This document shows positions 59,572-64,000 of a stretch of 64,000 nucleotides of DNA, in pieces. Location: positions 5,326 to 69,325 of the forward strand of contig CANRPC010000003.1 in assembly GCA_947632435.1 (NCBI GenBank), in the 5' to 3' direction. The stretch's first letter is position 1, and each line of letters begins with the position of its first letter. The position numbers and the translations under genes are program-made. Under the pieces are notes generated by a model, which had not been told where the DNA came from, ran no database searches, and was given only the letters and a program-made list of their open reading frames with translations. The DNA is from an uncultured Bacilli bacterium. Lineage in GTDB: Bacteria; Bacillota_I; Bacilli_A; RFN20; CAG-449.

Positions 59572-59628
59572 TTTCTGTTTCCTTCTTTCTTTAAAAAATA
59601 CCATAAAATATTTTTTTTAGACACAATT

Positions 59629-59657
59629 ATATTACAAAATTTTTTAATATTATTCAA
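59629..59657 (-). promoter_or_regulatory. sigma-70-type promoter, copy 3 of 3
   Basis: Identical to copy 2, shifted by 5,095 bp. Confidence 0.5.
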
Positions 59658-59707
59658 CATTAATACAATTTATTAAAATTTTTTAAAATTCTACTTTTAT
59701 TTTTATT

Positions 59708-59755
59708 AAAAAAACACCATTTTTTCATGGCTTTTTTAATATTTGGTGTTTTTTA
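59708..59755 (-). terminator. hairpin with flanking A/T runs (possible bidirectional terminator)
   Basis: Arms aaaaacacca (59710-59719) and tggtgttttt (59744-59753) with a long 24-nt loop. It lies downstream of the DUF2089-like/ABC unit. Confidence 0.35.
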
Positions 59756-59934
59756 TATAATTATAACTGCTATGTTGAAAACATATTTTTTTAAATAACA
59801 AAAAACATTGATTGTCATAAATAAATATATCAATCAATTTTTTTGTAAATATAATTGTTTATTTTAAAATATATTTTTGAAATTTTTATAGAGTGTAAAA
59901 TAATTTAAATTATAAATATCATTAATCTAATATG

Positions 59935-60243
59935 CTATTCACTTTTATTTTTATGTACATTTCGATATTCATTAATTAATGTTTTTGCCGTTTCTAAATC
60001 AATCTTATTTTCAATAGCTAAGATTTTGATTCTTTCAACATATGGATCAACACTATCTTGATCATACACTTTAATTTTTTCAATTAATTTGTCTAAGCGA
60101 ATTCGCATAGTTGGATAAGTAATTTTATAATCCTTTGCTAGTTCTTTTAATGAACCAGAATATAAAACAAATTTTTTAATAAATTTTACATCTTCCTGTT
60201 CAAGATTGATAAACCAACTAGGAATGTCGTTAAAATGCAACAT
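59935..60243 (-). CDS. DUF2089-like HTH protein
   Basis: SGSLKELAKDYKITYPTMRIRLDKLIEKI matches the DUF2089 C-terminal HTH block. AAGGGAAGG precedes ATG 60243; the track ORF starts at 60321. Confidence 0.5.
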   Translation of the reverse strand: MLHFNDIPSWFINLEQEDVKFIKKFVLYSGSLKELAKDYKITYPTMRIRLDKLIEKIKVYDQDSVDPYVERIKILAIENKIDLETAKTLINEYRNVHKNKSE

Positions 60244-60378
60244 ACAGCCTTCCCTTTCTTTATGCACATTATTATTATAATACATTTTAAAATTTTTTAA
60301 TATTAAATTATTTTTAATCAACTTAATATTTTCATTTTTTCGATATTTTTTCTTTATTTTTTACTCAATATTACTTTT

Positions 60379-62424
60379 TTATTCTCCAACTTTAATTCTT
60401 TTTTTCAAAAAAGCTAAGGCCATAGAAATAATTGCAATAATACTTGTTAATAAAATCATAAAAATAAATATTAATAAGATTAAAATAATAGAAAATTTAA
60501 GTGGTGCATAATTAGTCATTATTGTTTCTTTTAAATAATTATTTACAAAATAAAGCGCTAAAGAATATGGAAATATAGAAAACATAACACAAATAAATGA
60601 TAAAATAAACGATTGGAGAATAAAAATTAAACTTGAATCTTTTAATGTTAGACCTAATGATCGTAATATCGTAATATTTTTCATATTCAATTGCACTACT
60701 AATCTTGTATATCCTATTAAAGTAAATAGCGAAATCACCAATAAGGCTATAGCAATTCCCATAGTTAATAAACCATAAACATGTTTTAAAGAATTTAAAC
60801 TAAATAAAGTATTATCTAATTGACTATAAGCTTTTACATCTATTTTTTCATTTTCTAATTGTTTTAAAAGTGGATCAACTTTAGAAAAATATTTATTTTT
60901 ACTAGATATAAATACTTTAGAATATAACGCCTCTTTTTCATCTATGTGTACAATTTCATTAAACATCTTATTTGAAAAAAATAAAACATTATGAAGTCCA
61001 TAACTATCTGCATATAAACAATATTTTGCATAACCTTCACTTCTTTTTTCTTTTATTATTCTTTTGGTATTTATTATTCCTACAATATCAAATGTTATTA
61101 TTTCTTCATCTTGTTTTAATTTTAAATTATAATTATAACTTTTAATAATATTTTTTAATGCATCTTCATTGTTAATCTCTTCTAAACTTAACCAACCTAA
61201 TTCATAACAAATATAATTAGTTAAAACAATTTCTTTAGCATTATCATTGGCTAATCTTCCTATTAATTTTAATTCTAATAAATCTAGTTGTTCTTGATTT
61301 ATTGTTGAAATTGTTCGTATATAATACATTTCTTGATTATTATAACCATAATTTAAATCTGTGGAATTAGTTATGTAATTATTATAATGTCCTAAAATAC
61401 AAGATGTTTGATCATAATAATTTTCTATTTTAGATATATCACTTTCTCTAAAAAATAAATCATCATTTTGATAAATATCACCAATTTCAGGAGAATTTTT
61501 CTCCATTTTCCTTAAAGTAAAATAAGTAATATCATCACTTTTTATTATTTCTTCTTTTGCTTTATTTGGATTATATGAAAATATTGTTAATGATGATATT
61601 AAGATTGATAATGTGATAATAAAGGCTATTAATGTAAATATCAATTTTGTAATACTTTGTTTTAATGATAATATTGTTAATTTTATTAAACTTAAAAAAC
61701 TTAATCGATTATGTTTACCTATTTGTAGTTCATCAATATTTTTTTCATTTTGTTTATTGTTTGTATCTTCAATTATTTTTCCTTCTTCTAATGTAATTAT
61801 TCTATCTCCATATTTTTTTGCTAAATCTAAATTGTGACTTACAATAATAATTATTTTATCTTTGGAAATTTCTTTTAATATTTCCATGATTTCATGTGAA
61901 TTTTTACTATCTAATGATCCTGTTATTTCATCACATATTATTACTTGAGAATTTTTTATTATAGCTCTTGCTATGGCTATTCTTTGTTTTTGTCCTCCAC
62001 TTAAATTTTTTACTTTTTCATCTATTATATCTTCTTTTAAATGTAGTTTTTTTAATATTTTTATTACTTCTTCTTTACTTATTTTTTGTTTTTGAATTTC
62101 TAATCCTAATGAAATATTATAATAAACACTAAAATCATTTATTAAATTTAAATTTTGAAAAATAATACCAAAATATTTACTTCTTAAAGTTGCTAAGTCT
62201 TTTTCTTTTAAGGTTGAAGTATCAATATTATCTATTATTAATTTGCCTGAGGTTGGTACATCTTGTAATGATAATATATTTAATAAACTTGATTTACCTG
62301 CCCCACTTTCACCAACAATAAAATTTAAACCATTATCAAAAAAAGAAAGATTTATATCTTTTAATGCTTGTACTTTTCTTTTTTTGTTTTTAAATTCTTT
62401 GTTAATGTTTTGTAAAGTTATCAT
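60379..62424 (-). CDS. fused ABC ATPase-FtsX-type permease (MacB-like)
   Basis: Has GESGAGKSSLLN, LSGGQKQRIAIARA and VIICDEITGSLD, then the TM1 - large loop - three C-terminal TM topology. Confidence 0.8.
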   Translation of the reverse strand: MITLQNINKEFKNKKRKVQALKDINLSFFDNGLNFIVGESGAGKSSLLNILSLQDVPTSGKLIIDNIDTSTLKEKDLATLRSKYFGIIFQNLNLINDFSVYYNISLGLEIQKQKISKEEVIKILKKLHLKEDIIDEKVKNLSGGQKQRIAIARAIIKNSQVIICDEITGSLDSKNSHEIMEILKEISKDKIIIIVSHNLDLAKKYGDRIITLEEGKIIEDTNNKQNEKNIDELQIGKHNRLSFLSLIKLTILSLKQSITKLIFTLIAFIITLSILISSLTIFSYNPNKAKEEIIKSDDITYFTLRKMEKNSPEIGDIYQNDDLFFRESDISKIENYYDQTSCILGHYNNYITNSTDLNYGYNNQEMYYIRTISTINQEQLDLLELKLIGRLANDNAKEIVLTNYICYELGWLSLEEINNEDALKNIIKSYNYNLKLKQDEEIITFDIVGIINTKRIIKEKRSEGYAKYCLYADSYGLHNVLFFSNKMFNEIVHIDEKEALYSKVFISSKNKYFSKVDPLLKQLENEKIDVKAYSQLDNTLFSLNSLKHVYGLLTMGIAIALLVISLFTLIGYTRLVVQLNMKNITILRSLGLTLKDSSLIFILQSFILSFICVMFSIFPYSLALYFVNNYLKETIMTNYAPLKFSIILILLIFIFMILLTSIIAIISMALAFLKKRIKVGE

Positions 62425-62520
62425 AATTTAATTTAGAATATAATTTTTTTACAAATAAATTATAATTTTCAAATATAAAAAGTACAACTTTTTTTAATTT
62501 TATTTAATTTTTTTGAATAA

Positions 62521-62548
62521 ATTAAAAGGCATCACTTTTGATGCCTAT
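62521..62548 (-). terminator. rho-independent terminator of the sugar ABC ATPase gene
   Basis: 8-bp stem aggcatca / tgatgcct (62527-62534 / 62539-62546) 10 nt after the stop, with T/A runs on both sides. Confidence 0.55.
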
Positions 62549-62555
62549 TTTTAAA

Positions 62556-63668
62556 TTAGAATATTCTTTTGGTGCTTTCTATATCAAATAAATGAAATTT
62601 TTTATCTTTAAAAGTAAATTTTAATTTATCACCTACAGAAATTTCCCTTTTAGCTAAAAGTTTGGCAATTACATTAGTATCACCAATTTTAAAATGGATA
62701 TAATATTCATGCCCTAATAATTCGGAAACTAAAACTTCAATTTCAAAAGAATTATTACAATCTTCTTCAATAATATTTTCTGGTCTTATACCAAAATATA
62801 CATCACGGTCTTTAATTTCATTATGATAAAATTCATCATGTTTTTTTATAAGTTCATCATCTAAAGTAAAAGTCAAACCATTTGCTAAAACAATCTTTCC
62901 TTCTTTATAATGAGCTTTTAAAATATTCATTGATGGTGAGCCAATAAAAGTAGCAACGAACAAATTATTAGGTGCATTATAAATTTGCATAGGTGTACCA
63001 ATTTGTTGAATATATCCGTCTTTCATAACCACGATACGGGAAGCCATAGTCATTGCCTCTATTTGGTCATGAGTAACATAAATTGTCGTAGCTTTTAAAC
63101 GTTTATGAAGTTTAGTTAATTCGCTACGCATTTGTACTCTTAATTTTGCATCAAGATTAGATAAAGGTTCATCCATCAAAAATGCTTTAGCATTTCTTAC
63201 AATTGCTCTTCCAAGTGCTACACGTTGGCATTGACCTCCAGATAATTCGGATGGTTTACGAGTTAATAAATTTTCTAATTTTAAAATTTTTGCAGCATTA
63301 TTAACTCTTTGTTTTATTTCATCTTCTGGAACATGTTTGATTTTTAAACCATATGCCATATTATCATAAACACTCATATGAGGATATAAAGCATAGCTTT
63401 GAAATACCATAGCGATATCACGATCTTTTGAAGGAATGTTATTTGCTAAAACACCATTGATATATAATTCACCTTTAGTAATTTCCTCTAATCCTGCGAT
63501 CATTCTTAAAGTTGTTGATTTACCACATCCTGAAGGACCGACAAAAACAATAAATTCCTGTGGTTTTATTTCGAGATTAAAATCAAATACCGCTTGTACA
63601 TTATTATCGTAAATTTTATCAATATGTCTTAATGATATAAATGATTTTTCTTCGTTACTATTTTCCAT
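62556..63668 (-). CDS. MalK/MsmX/UgpC-type carbohydrate ABC transporter ATP-binding protein
   Basis: Has GPSGCGKSTTLRMIAGLE, MVFQSYALYPHMSVYDNM, LSGGQCQRVALGRA and FLMDEPLSNLDAKLR, plus a C-terminal regulatory/TOBE-like domain. 370 aa. Confidence 0.85.
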   Translation of the reverse strand: MENSNEEKSFISLRHIDKIYDNNVQAVFDFNLEIKPQEFIVFVGPSGCGKSTTLRMIAGLEEITKGELYINGVLANNIPSKDRDIAMVFQSYALYPHMSVYDNMAYGLKIKHVPEDEIKQRVNNAAKILKLENLLTRKPSELSGGQCQRVALGRAIVRNAKAFLMDEPLSNLDAKLRVQMRSELTKLHKRLKATTIYVTHDQIEAMTMASRIVVMKDGYIQQIGTPMQIYNAPNNLFVATFIGSPSMNILKAHYKEGKIVLANGLTFTLDDELIKKHDEFYHNEIKDRDVYFGIRPENIIEEDCNNSFEIEVLVSELLGHEYYIHFKIGDTNVIAKLLAKREISVGDKLKFTFKDKKFHLFDIESTKRIF

Positions 63669-63671
63669 AAA

Positions 63672-64000
63672 CTAATCCTCCATAGTTACTTTTTTTATTT
63701 TTTTTGCAAGATAATAAGCCATTTGATAATGTCCTAAATTTGATGGATGTAATAAATCTTGACTTATACCTTTAATATCTTTAATTAAATCTTTAGAAGA
63801 TATTAAATAAATATTTTTAAGATTAATTTTCTTAATTTCTTGTTTGATAATTTTGATAAAATCAAGATTTTTTTGATGATATGGTATTTCATAAAAATCT
63901 TTGTATAAATGCTCATAAACATCTAGCATACTAATAATAAATATTTTTTTGTCTAAATGATCTAAAGCAATTTTATTTAACAAATAATTAAATCTTTTTT
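63672..64000 (-). CDS. SGNH/GDSL-like hydrolase, 5-prime end beyond window
   Basis: The C-terminus DLLHPSNLGHYQMAYYLAKKI resembles SGNH block V (D..HP). The frame stays open upstream of the track's TTG start (63983) to the window end. Confidence 0.45.
   Translation of the reverse strand, partial: KRFNYLLNKIALDHLDKKIFIISMLDVYEHLYKDFYEIPYHQKNLDFIKIIKQEIKKINLKNIYLISSKDLIKDIKGISQDLLHPSNLGHYQMAYYLAKKIKKVTMED

Larger units (their letters stand above)
58632..59703. repeat. 1,072-bp direct repeat, copy 2
   Basis: See copy 1. Identity breaks at 58631/53536 and at 59704/54609. Confidence 0.9.

Noticed and set aside
1-64000. CRISPR arrays, tRNA, rRNA or tmRNA genes, including a tRNA as integration target.
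   Set aside because: No regularly spaced short repeats were seen. No GC-rich ~75-nt cloverleaf-like island was seen in any intergenic region. The integration target is a protein-coding gene. This was visual inspection only; tRNAscan or Infernal would be decisive.

Overview
This is a very AT-rich Firmicutes/Mollicutes-like chromosome segment. It uses the standard code, since TGA acts as a stop (e.g. 4093-4095). All family assignments are motif recognition by eye; no database search or computation was run. No rRNA, tRNA or CRISPR array was recognised. (1) 1-8.9 kb holds a partial BspA-type LRR lipoprotein gene that the ORF track misses, a HAD/LicD/cytidylyltransferase surface-decoration operon, and an AlbA_2/Schlafen-like gene next to an AAA_21-type ATPase gene. 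(2) 9.3-38.9 kb holds one NMT1/SsuA-type ABC substrate-binding lipoprotein gene split in two by a ~28.6 kb integrated element. Its attL and attR can be reconstructed to a GG core flanked by 25-nt imperfect inverted arms. The element carries two adjacent large serine recombinases and a small resolvase/invertase. It also carries a translationally coupled RNase III (two dsRBD-like units) three-gene operon, an AAA_21 ATPase + RloB/Toprim pair (AbiL/PARIS-like), a SymE-like toxin/XRE module, and a sigma/anti-sigma/secreted S1 protease unit. A GC-richer 10.5 kb operon encodes a Rep_trans initiator, a frameshifted UvrD-like helicase, a membrane P-loop ATPase and three proteins with a signal peptide plus C-terminal anchor. 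A 5-prime-truncated RHS toxin with a membrane immunity gene lies near the right end. (3) 39-62.4 kb is an envelope-protein region with six fused ABC ATPase-FtsX/MacB-type genes, one carrying an in-frame TGA. It also has a 1,072-bp near-identical direct repeat pair 5,095 bp apart, a promoter present three times, and a three-gene operon with two DUF488 paralogues beside a DUF2130-like gene. (4) 62.5-64 kb holds an MsmX/UgpC-type sugar ABC ATPase and a partial SGNH-like hydrolase.
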